Positions 18,900 to 29,028 of a stretch of 64,000 nt of DNA are shown here, one piece after another (position 1 is the first letter of the stretch; every line of letters begins with the position of its first letter). Below the pieces are notes generated by a model. That model ran no database searches. It worked only from the letters and a program-made list of their open reading frames with translations, and was not told where the DNA came from. The stretch is from Promethearchaeota archaeon (GTDB lineage: Archaea; Asgardarchaeota; Lokiarchaeia; Sigyniarchaeales; SOKP01). Where the stretch lies: positions 121,497-185,496 of the forward strand of contig JBHLLT010000004.1 in assembly GCA_048938855.1 (NCBI GenBank), written 5' to 3'. The position numbers and the translations under genes were made by a program.

Positions 18900-20897
18900 A
18901 TGACAGATACTCAAGAAGGCTTAATGCAAAAAAAATCGGATTTAAAATTTTACTACAAAATGGCTCAAGAAGCCTTTCAGGCAAATGATGTAGATCAAGC
19001 ACTTAAAATATCAAAGAGTGGTCTTGAACAAGCTAAATTACAAAATAAAGGAGATTGGGTGGTTAAGTTTGATACTTTTAATATAAATGTTTCTCAACTT
19101 CAATCATTAGTTCCGAGTATTAAAAGAGAATCCCTTACAATCTTGAAAGGAATAGGTTTAAGGGTCGCCGAAAAACTAACAAAAATTGGCATTAATTCAA
19201 TTTCAGATTTAGCAGAATCATTCCCTAGAAAAATTGCTCAAATTGATGGTGTTGGATTAGTGAAAGCTCAGAAAATTATAGATAATGCGAAGAAGTATGT
19301 TGGAATGAAAAAATTAAATGATTTTTCTGATACAAATATTTCTAAAGAAGACTTAAAAGCGAAAGAAGAATCAAACAAAAAACAAGAACCTACAAGGTGG
19401 TTTGACGAAAAATTTAAAAAACTAGAAACAGAAAAATGGTATCCACCAGAAGCGGAAATTTCTGAAACCGAGATTGTTGATGAGAATTTAGAAGATTATA
19501 TGGGTACTGATGAAAATATCAATGATTTTTTCGATGAGAATATTGAAGAGCATTATGAACCAGTTGTTAATTATTATGATTCGGATACTAAGATTGATTT
19601 GGATGAACCGAGAGGATTAAGAGAACCTGACTCAAAAGATTCTTTAATAATTTCACCAGAATTAGTTCGACAATCCAATCTTAAGATACAAGAACAAGAT
19701 CCTATTTTTAAAGAGACACTTAGCCCATCTCAATTCCAGGAAAATATTACAGCAGTTATTAAAACATTTGAATTATCTGAATTCGTTACTATTAAAAAGA
19801 TTCCCAACCTGAGAAGGCTATTTACTGGAATTGACCTAATAGCAATAAAACTTGTCCAAGTAAAAGAATTCTTAGATTTAATATATATTATCCCAATTAA
19901 ATTCAGTTCTTTAAAAGGTTCTATAATTACTTCAAGTAATACTATTAAATATAGATCTGTAGAAAATTACTCTGAAAAGGATTTTCAGTTGGACCAGTTA
20001 TCCCAATCATACATTAAAGCTATTTCAAATGCTCTAAATGTTATTGAAGAAGATCTTTTGAATAATGGTAGCTTTTTTCGGTTTTTATCAAAATACTTGA
20101 AAATTAATATCTTCCTTGAAAAAACCATTACTCATAAAAAGCTTTTCTTTCGCTCCGGTCCAGTCCAATATAAAGTTTTGATTGAACCGCTTTTACTTTG
20201 CCATAATAACGTTGGATTTACTGAAAAAATCGTTCCTTTTGCATACCAAAAACGAATAAATTTGCATGTTTTATCACAATCTCAATTACAAGATTTTTTA
20301 CAATATATTGATCAAAAATATTATTTGATTGAAACATATAGCGAGCAAAATAATGCATTAGCTCTCAATTGTGAAGCAATTAATAAATTCATAAGAGATT
20401 TACGGAAGTATTCTACACCCTTCATGCTTTATGGTTTTTTATTTCTATTAATATTACTATTCCAATGGTATACAGTCTTATCTTTCTTAATTAATTTAGG
20501 TTATGGGATAATTTCACTTTACATTGTTGTAGTAGGGTATATTTATCTAAAGCTCTATAATCAAAAATCAGAAATCCAGCGTGATTTTTCTATACCATAT
20601 TATCAAAAGAACTTCGATTTCGATGAGACAAATCTTATCTTAATTAATGAAGAACTGAGCCCAAGATTTATGGAACAGTTTGTTTATGAATGTATTGAAA
20701 AAGACAGTAATCTTAATTTCATAAATCAAATAGAACAGAAAAACGCCGAAACCTTTCTTAGAAATAAATTAAATAAGATAAAAATAGATGATTCTCAGCT
20801 CTTCGAACCCGAAGACAACACTCAATCTGCAGAAAATAAAGAATCCAAGCTTAAAAACAAATTAGTAGATAAATACAGCTCATTTTTGGAGGATTAA
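18900..20897 (+). CDS. membrane-anchored protein with tandem HhH DNA-binding motifs
   Basis: LKGIGLRVA and IDGVGLVKA HhH motifs, acidic linker, TM hairpin near C-terminus. Confidence 0.75.
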   Translation: MTDTQEGLMQKKSDLKFYYKMAQEAFQANDVDQALKISKSGLEQAKLQNKGDWVVKFDTFNINVSQLQSLVPSIKRESLTILKGIGLRVAEKLTKIGINSISDLAESFPRKIAQIDGVGLVKAQKIIDNAKKYVGMKKLNDFSDTNISKEDLKAKEESNKKQEPTRWFDEKFKKLETEKWYPPEAEISETEIVDENLEDYMGTDENINDFFDENIEEHYEPVVNYYDSDTKIDLDEPRGLREPDSKDSLIISPELVRQSNLKIQEQDPIFKETLSPSQFQENITAVIKTFELSEFVTIKKIPNLRRLFTGIDLIAIKLVQVKEFLDLIYIIPIKFSSLKGSIITSSNTIKYRSVENYSEKDFQLDQLSQSYIKAISNALNVIEEDLLNNGSFFRFLSKYLKINIFLEKTITHKKLFFRSGPVQYKVLIEPLLLCHNNVGFTEKIVPFAYQKRINLHVLSQSQLQDFLQYIDQKYYLIETYSEQNNALALNCEAINKFIRDLRKYSTPFMLYGFLFLLILLFQWYTVLSFLINLGYGIISLYIVVVGYIYLKLYNQKSEIQRDFSIPYYQKNFDFDETNLILINEELSPRFMEQFVYECIEKDSNLNFINQIEQKNAETFLRNKLNKIKIDDSQLFEPEDNTQSAENKESKLKNKLVDKYSSFLED

Positions 20898-20900
20898 GAA

Positions 20901-21632
20901 ATGAAAAAAAAAATAACTCAAAGCTTTCGAATAATATATTTTATTGGTCTTATCTTGCTGTTTTTTTCACTATTCTTAGATTGGTATTCATTCCAGATCT
21001 ATGATTTTGATAATGAGCTCGTTGTCTCCTGGAGTTATTATTTTTTTATTGGATGGATAACGCCTTTTTCTGAAAGTTCTCCTCTTAATGAAGCAATTAA
21101 ACCCAAAGATGTTTCAATTCCTTTTATAGTTAATATTTTATTGCTCCTTGCTTTAATTGCCTCTGGTTATATTGTTTTACTAAAAAATGTTGATCAGGCT
21201 ACTAATATTAAGTCATATAATAAGTATGGCCATGTGAATGGATTTCTACTTTTTTTAATAGCCTATTATATCATAATATGCCCCGTGATGTATTTAATAC
21301 CAAATGAGCTTTATTATCCTCTCCTAAATATACGAAATTATGATTCAGAACTTATCAAATGGTATACTATTGGTCCAAGTTATATTTTACAGTTAATCTC
21401 ATTTCCATTAATCTTCCCTTACTCCGTTTTCTATTTTAAAACAATAAGTAAATTCATACAACAGGAACGCACTCCAGAAAAAAATTTTCATAGAATGATT
21501 CAGGAATCTCAAGAGCTACTTGATTTGGATCAATATATTGCTGAAGAAGAATTAAAGAAAGAATGCGATCCCCAAACAGCTAAAGATGATATCAACAATA
21601 TTTTAACTACATTTATAGAGGGAAAATATTGA
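20901..21632 (+). CDS. 4-TM membrane protein
   Basis: four hydrophobic segments, operonic. Confidence 0.75.
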   Translation: MKKKITQSFRIIYFIGLILLFFSLFLDWYSFQIYDFDNELVVSWSYYFFIGWITPFSESSPLNEAIKPKDVSIPFIVNILLLLALIASGYIVLLKNVDQATNIKSYNKYGHVNGFLLFLIAYYIIICPVMYLIPNELYYPLLNIRNYDSELIKWYTIGPSYILQLISFPLIFPYSVFYFKTISKFIQQERTPEKNFHRMIQESQELLDLDQYIAEEELKKECDPQTAKDDINNILTTFIEGKY

Positions 21633-22489
21633 ACTTACAAGTAATTGATGCGAAACTGAAGAATCTAATTCAAGTATGTAAAGAAACTAAGAACTATAAA
21701 AAATTAGCAGTAGTAAGTTTTGTATTAACAAGTAATAAAGTTAATGAGATTGGTATTAATCTTGGAGTAAGACCTAGAGATAAGGGTTCAGGAGAAAAAA
21801 TTTTTGAATATATGGAAACAATAAATAAAATATTTGAAACCAATTTAAAAATCCCAATCTTTCAATTAGGCCATATAGAAACAATTAGAGAATGTGAGAC
21901 TCTTTTTCTCAAAAGTAGAGGAAATATTCCCTATGATTATATCAAAACAATATTTCAAGTCTATTATGAATTAAGGAAATTGGATATACTTAATCTACAT
22001 AAAAGATTGGAATATGATGATTTTATAGAGTCCTCCAAGTTGGGTATTTTTTCTTTTTTATCTCCGAAAGCGAACCGGAAAGAGAAAAACTCAAGTGATT
22101 TACGACCATTAATTTTACAAAAGATTAGGGAACGAGAAGCTAGAATTCAAAAAAATCTTAAATTAAAATTAGATAGTCACCAATTCGAGACCGCAATCTA
22201 TTTGAGATCAATTAAAAATTCACTCATAAATAATAAAAAAGGAAAAATAACAATTCACGGAGCGCTTAAGGATAATATCAAGTATCAAAACTCAATCGAA
22301 AATATATATGGGTATTTTCTTATTGGATTGATCATTCTACTTATCTCGATAGGAGTGATAATCCTCATAGAATTAACCGTAACGCCATTTTCTTCAAGCG
22401 AGTTAAGTGTTTGGACATTATTTTTCTTTGGGGGCACAATTTTATTAATATTCATATATATAAAAATGTACAGAAGGGAGAGGCTATAA
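21629..22489 (+). CDS. protein with C-terminal TM hairpin
   Basis: TTGA start/stop overlap, two C-terminal TMs. Confidence 0.75.
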   Translation: MNLQVIDAKLKNLIQVCKETKNYKKLAVVSFVLTSNKVNEIGINLGVRPRDKGSGEKIFEYMETINKIFETNLKIPIFQLGHIETIRECETLFLKSRGNIPYDYIKTIFQVYYELRKLDILNLHKRLEYDDFIESSKLGIFSFLSPKANRKEKNSSDLRPLILQKIREREARIQKNLKLKLDSHQFETAIYLRSIKNSLINNKKGKITIHGALKDNIKYQNSIENIYGYFLIGLIILLISIGVIILIELTVTPFSSSELSVWTLFFFGGTILLIFIYIKMYRRERL

Positions 22490-22490
22490 T

Positions 22491-25400
22491 GTGACAAAAG
22501 ATTTCTCATATGAATCTGTATCAGGAATAACCAATTTTGGAAAGGAAGATAATAGAAAAAAATATATGATACTCGAAGAGAAAGAAGAAAAAAAAAGATA
22601 TTTAAGAATATGGAGCACAAATCCATCATTTAAAGATACGAATAATAAATTTTCATTAGTAAAAACTGCTTTTTTACTAATTTTATCTCTCTTTATTATT
22701 ATATCAATGTATATTTTAAATCAGCAACTAATTATTTCAATTATTACTGGACTTTTATGCGGGGTTTTATTTATCATAGTGTTTTATGATGAGATCTATA
22801 CATTGAAATACTTAATACCTTTTGTATTTAAGAACACTGTATCTTTTAATCCATTTGAGAATATTGTTTTTTGGTTAAACAAAAAAGATTCTGCTACATT
22901 ATACCTCTCTAACAGAAGAGATACGGTTCACATGGCTATTAGAATATTTCAGATAACAGTGATTCCCGAAAATATTCATTCTGCTATTCATCAGTTTATA
23001 AAAGCGCTGAGTTCTAAAAATTTAAGGTTATCATATTCATATCAAGTTATTCAAAAACCAATTATTTCTACATTGCAAGAAAATATGTCAAAGGAGACAG
23101 CTATAAGTTCCTTGGAGTCAAGAGAAGCAAAAATCTATTTCTCTATATTTTATAATTCAATTGGATTACTTACTAACCATAAATTGGATCAAATACAATA
23201 TTTTATCAAAAAACATTCTGTAGATCTTAAAAGTAATCTTGTTAGTAATTTTCACCACTTTAAAGTTAAAATACTCACAGGAAATTCATTAGTTAATGCT
23301 TTAAGAACATTTTTCATTCAAGAGAAGTCTGATCAAGATAATTTTGAAAGCAAAAAAGAAACTTTGAAAGAATTTAAACCAAGATTTTTAGCTAAATTCT
23401 TAATGTGGATTACGTTGATTGTTTATTTTGATTTTGTATTTTTTTCAATGGAACTGTTTGTTTTATACATCATTTTCATCAATTTGGGCTTAATTACAAT
23501 ACTGGTGTTAATTTGGTGGAGATCAATATTATTCCAATATACAAAATCTAAATTATTACAAGATGATGATATTTTAATTATAAATCCATTCAAGAATGTT
23601 TTTTTTTACCATTTTAGACAGTTCCCCTATACATTATTTGTTCATATTAACAATCAAATTCTCATTGGAATGAAGATGGTTAATCTCAAGTATATTTATC
23701 AAACCCCCTTTTGTCTTCTTAGTAAGTTTATTGAAAGTCTGAATAATCATAAAATATCTTTTAGTTATACACTAAAAAATCAACCCATTGATTATTATGA
23801 GTTCTATAAAAAAGGGTTGAAATACATCAATGAAAAACATAAATCACTCATACTTTGGAGAGATGATACGAAAATTAAAGATGCCATTCAAGCTGAACAT
23901 TGGTTAAGTTACCGTTATGGAATGTGGTATAGTATGCTTACTATGACCATAAATAGTTATAGATTCTCCAATTCACTTGATAATGGTATAATTTCCGAAA
24001 TGGAAGATGAGTTAACTATTAAGATTGATGCCCTAAGAGGAGCATTTAATATTAACTTTCAAGGCTATGAAATTGAGGATTTAAAAGCACACAATTTAAT
24101 TTCAGGGTACATGTTTTCGACCTTGAAGAACAACTTATTTCAGTTAATTGGTAGCCACCTTAATTATGTCATGTTACAAGGAACATCTATGTATCCCCTG
24201 TCAACGATTGTAGATATTCTTAAAAAGGGGACTAAAACAAAAATCGCAGCTGAATTTAACACTCCCCTCTATTTAGAAAATCACATCACTATTGGACACA
24301 CAATTAATACTGAAGTATTAGAACCTGAAATACCTGTAGGGTTTACTTTAGACCAATTGAAGAATTTACTTATAGTAAATGGGAAATCAGAAACAAGAGA
24401 TACCATTTCTATGAAAATTGTTTTAGAATTGATAGAGTCAAAAGTTCCTTCTCTAATTTTTGATTTTACAGGAAACTGGTCTAAGTTGTACAGCTATTTT
24501 GAAGATTCTACGTTTAAAAAGGATATATTGCATTTTAAATATGGAAGTGCTTTCATAATCGATCCTACTAAATCAGACATCCCTTATGATCCTCATAATA
24601 CAGATTATTTAGAATTTGTATTTGATGCGTTTGGATTAGCGTTTAAGAAAGGTGAGAGAACAATTGAAATGTTTCGAAATACTCTCCAAAAAAATCCTGA
24701 TATGGATTTGGGTTCAATTCGTATGGCCTTACAGAATCAAAGTGAATGGGAAAAAAGCCCAATAAATGACACTTTGCTTTCATTGTTTTCAGATTTTACC
24801 CAAGATGATTTGAGTTTCTTTCAAGTGATACAAAAAGACAGTATCGTAGCAAATCAATTCATTCAAAATTCAAAGACTATCATAATCGACCTTTCTTTTC
24901 TAAGAGAATTAAATAAGAAAATATTTTTAACGTTCATTATTCTGGCGAAAATTATTCATTATGTTAAAGAAAACAGAGATTTCCATGAAAAATTTATAAT
25001 AATTCCAAGTATTGATATTTTTTTTGATTCCTACTTCCTAGAGTTAAAAAGGAATTATGATAAAGTAGATCTTTTCTTAAAGCCTTTACTAGAAAATAAT
25101 TTTGGTCTTATTCTGTCAGCAAATCAAATACATTATCTCCATACCAACTTTTTACTTTATTTTAATAATATCATCTCACTTAAAGCCACTGATGTCAGAG
25201 ATGTTTCAATTTTGCGTAATCTAATGAATTTACAGGAAATTGAGGGCATTGGATATTATACTAAGAGCCGAAATCAGACATACCAAATAGGGTATCTAAA
25301 GAATATGAAAGATAATGAAGTTTTAATTCGGAGAGAAGATATTGACCAACCATTTCCGGCATACATAGAATGGAAAGAGATATCTGAAAAAAATCCGCTC

Positions 25401-26324
25401 TCGTATGATAAAATAGTGAAGTTAATGGAACAACAGGGATACGATATAAAATTTACAGAGAGAAGAATATTAGAACAAGCAAAAAAAATGCTTTTTGAGA
25501 TAGATCTAGGACACTATATTATTTATTTGGATGAGGTTATCAAATTTTTAGATGAGATTCAAACAATTGACCAGATTGGAAATCTCTATAAGCATAAGCT
25601 AAGATCTCAATTAAAAGAGATAATTTATCCTAAAGCATCCCAAAAAACTAGTAAAAAAGAACACATTAAAAGAATTAGAGATGATCTATTAAACATTTTA
25701 ATCAAACACGGATATTTAGTAGAAGACCATCCAAGAAGAGCGAGTGGTTCAGAAACTTTAAGAACTTCTTATTCTATAGGAGATAGATATCAAGAAGCAT
25801 TAAATGATTATTATAAAACAAAAGGACATACGCAAACAGATGTGAATATTGAAATATTAGAAAAATCTACAGAAAAATCAAATTTAGATAATATATTTCA
25901 AGAAAAAACTCGAAAATATATTGTTCAACAAAAAAATTTAAAAGATGCCTTAATGCGCGAGTTTTCTGATTTTAATTATGATTTATTTAAAATTTATAGT
26001 TATATTAACCGAGGAAATTATAAAGGTGCTTTAAAAATAGAGCAAGGTTTAATTAATAGATTTTTAAATAATGTAATTTCACATTATTATAATATAGAAA
26101 GTCCTATATCTCATGATACATTAGAGAGGTTCCTAACTCTATTAGGAAGTATTGCAGATTTTCCTTTAACAAGACAAGAACTCTTAGGTTATATAGAACA
26201 TTACCAAGTAATAGATTTAAAAAATAGCAATTTAGAAGTTTTGGCTAGAGAAATTTATCAATTTATATATAATTTCTTTGATGAAATTCAGTACTATATA
26301 TTTGAGGGGAAAAATAATAACTAG
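22491..26324 (+). CDS. membrane-bound VirB4/HerA/FtsK-superfamily-like protein with degenerate Walker motifs
   Basis: ITIG..., NLLIVNGKSETRD (Walker A position), SLIFDFTGNW, TIIIDLS, FIIIPSID (Walker B position), GLILSANQ; two TM hairpins in N-terminal half. Confidence 0.65.
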   Translation: MTKDFSYESVSGITNFGKEDNRKKYMILEEKEEKKRYLRIWSTNPSFKDTNNKFSLVKTAFLLILSLFIIISMYILNQQLIISIITGLLCGVLFIIVFYDEIYTLKYLIPFVFKNTVSFNPFENIVFWLNKKDSATLYLSNRRDTVHMAIRIFQITVIPENIHSAIHQFIKALSSKNLRLSYSYQVIQKPIISTLQENMSKETAISSLESREAKIYFSIFYNSIGLLTNHKLDQIQYFIKKHSVDLKSNLVSNFHHFKVKILTGNSLVNALRTFFIQEKSDQDNFESKKETLKEFKPRFLAKFLMWITLIVYFDFVFFSMELFVLYIIFINLGLITILVLIWWRSILFQYTKSKLLQDDDILIINPFKNVFFYHFRQFPYTLFVHINNQILIGMKMVNLKYIYQTPFCLLSKFIESLNNHKISFSYTLKNQPIDYYEFYKKGLKYINEKHKSLILWRDDTKIKDAIQAEHWLSYRYGMWYSMLTMTINSYRFSNSLDNGIISEMEDELTIKIDALRGAFNINFQGYEIEDLKAHNLISGYMFSTLKNNLFQLIGSHLNYVMLQGTSMYPLSTIVDILKKGTKTKIAAEFNTPLYLENHITIGHTINTEVLEPEIPVGFTLDQLKNLLIVNGKSETRDTISMKIVLELIESKVPSLIFDFTGNWSKLYSYFEDSTFKKDILHFKYGSAFIIDPTKSDIPYDPHNTDYLEFVFDAFGLAFKKGERTIEMFRNTLQKNPDMDLGSIRMALQNQSEWEKSPINDTLLSLFSDFTQDDLSFFQVIQKDSIVANQFIQNSKTIIIDLSFLRELNKKIFLTFIILAKIIHYVKENRDFHEKFIIIPSIDIFFDSYFLELKRNYDKVDLFLKPLLENNFGLILSANQIHYLHTNFLLYFNNIISLKATDVRDVSILRNLMNLQEIEGIGYYTKSRNQTYQIGYLKNMKDNEVLIRREDIDQPFPAYIEWKEISEKNPLSYDKIVKLMEQQGYDIKFTERRILEQAKKMLFEIDLGHYIIYLDEVIKFLDEIQTIDQIGNLYKHKLRSQLKEIIYPKASQKTSKKEHIKRIRDDLLNILIKHGYLVEDHPRRASGSETLRTSYSIGDRYQEALNDYYKTKGHTQTDVNIEILEKSTEKSNLDNIFQEKTRKYIVQQKNLKDALMREFSDFNYDLFKIYSYINRGNYKGALKIEQGLINRFLNNVISHYYNIESPISHDTLERFLTLLGSIADFPLTRQELLGYIEHYQVIDLKNSNLEVLAREIYQFIYNFFDEIQYYIFEGKNNN

Positions 26325-26676
26325 TGACCAGAGAAAAGAATTTCTTTATGAAATGTTAGAAAAGATTGTTTTTAATGAAGCTCAATTAACAATCTTGAAA
26401 AATGGAATTGAAAAGGTAGCAAATGGTTATCTTACTCCAAAAGATTTAAGAAAACAAATTATAGAACTAAGAGTGAAACTCATTGAAGACTTGATAGAGT
26501 TTTTCCCATTTTACCTTAAACAGAACTTAATTGAAAATAAGTTATTAAATTTTACTGATTCAAATGAATCATCATTAATATCAGCAGAATTAGAGGAGAG
26601 AAATAATTTACTTGAAGAAGTTGGATGTCGAATAAATAATATCTATAGAAAATTAAAAGAAAAATACAATGTATAA
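26278..26676 (+). CDS. hypothetical helical protein
   Basis: operonic ORF overlapping ATPase end; start uncertain. Confidence 0.6.
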   Translation: MMKFSTIYLRGKIITSDQRKEFLYEMLEKIVFNEAQLTILKNGIEKVANGYLTPKDLRKQIIELRVKLIEDLIEFFPFYLKQNLIENKLLNFTDSNESSLISAELEERNNLLEEVGCRINNIYRKLKEKYNV

Positions 26677-26802
26677 AAAATATATTTAAAGGAAAAAAGA
26701 TCCGTAATTCTATTTCTTTTTTATTTAAAAGTACTTGCCAAAATTTTAGTTAAATAATATTGAAACTCTATATTTGACTGAAAAAAGAGAAAACAAAATC
26801 AT

Positions 26803-28146
26803 ATGATCTCAGGAGAATTAATTTCAAATTCAGTAATATCTCTTAATGAATTATTTCCTAATTTCACAAATCAATTCATTATACCATTTGAAAAGGTAGT
26901 AGAACTAGATATCCATAATGGGATGCATCTAAATTTTAAACTATGTGACAGAGATCAAAAAAACAAAGTACCTCCTATTTTACGCTTAGCTAACATAGAA
27001 GATGCAGAGGAAATTGTTGGGATTTACAAGGAATTATATAATTGTACATATCCATACAAAGAAATGGAAGATATTAATGAAGTCCAAAAGATGATACAAA
27101 ATCCATCATTTAAATGGATAATTTATCAAGACGCTTCTTTTAAAATTGCAGGTTGTATAACTTTTGTCTTAGATTTTAACAATAGAAGAGGTTACATTCG
27201 GGGATTTATGCTTAAAAAGGAATATCAAGGATATATTGATATAACAAAAGCGATGATCGGCTCGATGTTATGCATGATCCATAGTTTTAAAGATCGAATA
27301 TTTAATTGGTATGTAGAAAACAGAACTGCTCATGCAAAATCCCAATATTCAATGTATGTATGTGGAATTGCCCCGATAGGATTTTATCCAAATAAAGATA
27401 TTTTTGAGGGAAAAGTCGAATCTGATTTAATGCAAATTTTGTATGATGAGAAAGCATTGCGTCAGTATAGATCTCCAAAAATACCTACATTAATTCATGC
27501 TGTTGAGGGATGTTATTTATTTTCTCATAAACGGTATAATTTAGGTAACTATAAAATAAAATCCCCCAAAATCGTTCTTGATTACAAAAAAATAAAAGAA
27601 TTAAAAACCAATTTAAAAAGAAATATACAAAAAGATGATTTTGGGTATGAAACTATATTATTTTCATTTAAAAAAGCAAATTCTTATTTTCAATTTTTGT
27701 ACACGCCTACAGTTTCAAATTTTGAAAAAACTATCTATGAAGTTTCATCCTTAGAAGAATTATTTGTATTTGCCCAAGAATTTATGAGATGGAAAAAAAA
27801 ATTAAGGGCTCGCTATTGTGAAATATTTGTTTCAGCCTATCAACCTGAACATCAACAAATTTTTTATGACGCAGGATTGTCTCCTCGAGGATATATTCCC
27901 AGCTGGATTTTTAATAATGAAGATCATGTGTTCGAGGATTTTATTCTTTTTAATTGCCATGATGGACAAATTGGAGACAATATAGAGTTAATCCAAGAAG
28001 GGTGGGATCTACTTGATGTCTTTCATATTAAGAGCTCACAATCATTAGTAAATAGGGAAATGAAATCAATTAATTCTAACTGTAAAAAGATATTAGAGCT
28101 AAAAAGGAAAAAAACACACGTGGGTCTTAATTTAGGGGAATTCTAA
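26803..28146 (+). CDS. tandem GNAT-fold acetyltransferase
   Basis: LRLANIEDAEEI, KKEYQG acetyl-CoA motif, second GNAT-like half (QQIFYDAGLSPRGYIP). Confidence 0.7.
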   Translation: MISGELISNSVISLNELFPNFTNQFIIPFEKVVELDIHNGMHLNFKLCDRDQKNKVPPILRLANIEDAEEIVGIYKELYNCTYPYKEMEDINEVQKMIQNPSFKWIIYQDASFKIAGCITFVLDFNNRRGYIRGFMLKKEYQGYIDITKAMIGSMLCMIHSFKDRIFNWYVENRTAHAKSQYSMYVCGIAPIGFYPNKDIFEGKVESDLMQILYDEKALRQYRSPKIPTLIHAVEGCYLFSHKRYNLGNYKIKSPKIVLDYKKIKELKTNLKRNIQKDDFGYETILFSFKKANSYFQFLYTPTVSNFEKTIYEVSSLEELFVFAQEFMRWKKKLRARYCEIFVSAYQPEHQQIFYDAGLSPRGYIPSWIFNNEDHVFEDFILFNCHDGQIGDNIELIQEGWDLLDVFHIKSSQSLVNREMKSINSNCKKILELKRKKTHVGLNLGEF

Positions 28147-28166
28147 GAAATTTTTGTTTTTTTTTA

Positions 28167-28985
28167 TTATTTCTTGTATAAACCTAAGAATATTATTATA
28201 AACACAAATATGTCTACTGATTCAACTATTATGATATACATTGCTACTTCACCTAAAATATTCTGTATAATTGGTCTTAATATATTTGAAATCAAATATA
28301 AAAAGAATCCAAGTGTTAAAACGCCTGGTTTAACAATAGTAAGACGCCTTAATCTGTAAGCTAAGAAAAAGATATACACAATTCCAATTAATGATGGAAT
28401 AACAATAGCAGGTAAAATCATACCCATAATTGTATTATTTGGAGCTATAAGAATTGCAACAGATTCAATACATATAATAATCAGTATAAGAGTAACTCGC
28501 AATTTATTCATATATTCTTTATTTTTCAATTTTTGATATCTATCTTCTAGTCTAAAAAAGATAATTTCGAAGCCCAGGTAAATTAAGGGGGCTACTTCAA
28601 ATATTATGGTAAAAAATCTGAATTTAAGGAACAATAAAACAATATCATCACTAAATGTAAAAAAAGTAAGATCCCAAAGTAAATCAATTACTTTTCCAAA
28701 AATTAGAATAAGGAAGAACAAACCTAATAGGAAGGGGATATCTGATAAATATTGTGCTTCTTGTTTAAACCATTTATTAAATAAATAAACAGTTGTGATA
28801 ATTAAGATTATTATTCTAACGGATATTACTAACAGGACCTCAAATGCGCCTTCATAGATTTGAAAGGCTTGAATAATAAGTGGCCAGTTAAGAAGATATA
28901 GAACACCAATACTAATAATAGCTAAAATAATGCATACAAGTAATAGTAATTTATAACGTCCTTTTTTTGATAATTCCATATTCAT
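28167..28985 (-). CDS. polytopic membrane protein
   Basis: 7-8 hydrophobic segments. Confidence 0.75.
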   Translation of the reverse strand: MNMELSKKGRYKLLLLVCIILAIISIGVLYLLNWPLIIQAFQIYEGAFEVLLVISVRIIILIITTVYLFNKWFKQEAQYLSDIPFLLGLFFLILIFGKVIDLLWDLTFFTFSDDIVLLFLKFRFFTIIFEVAPLIYLGFEIIFFRLEDRYQKLKNKEYMNKLRVTLILIIICIESVAILIAPNNTIMGMILPAIVIPSLIGIVYIFFLAYRLRRLTIVKPGVLTLGFFLYLISNILRPIIQNILGEVAMYIIIVESVDIFVFIIIFLGLYKK

Positions 28986-29028
28986 TGATATAAATTAGTC
29001 TTTTTAAATTGAACTAAAATAAATATAC

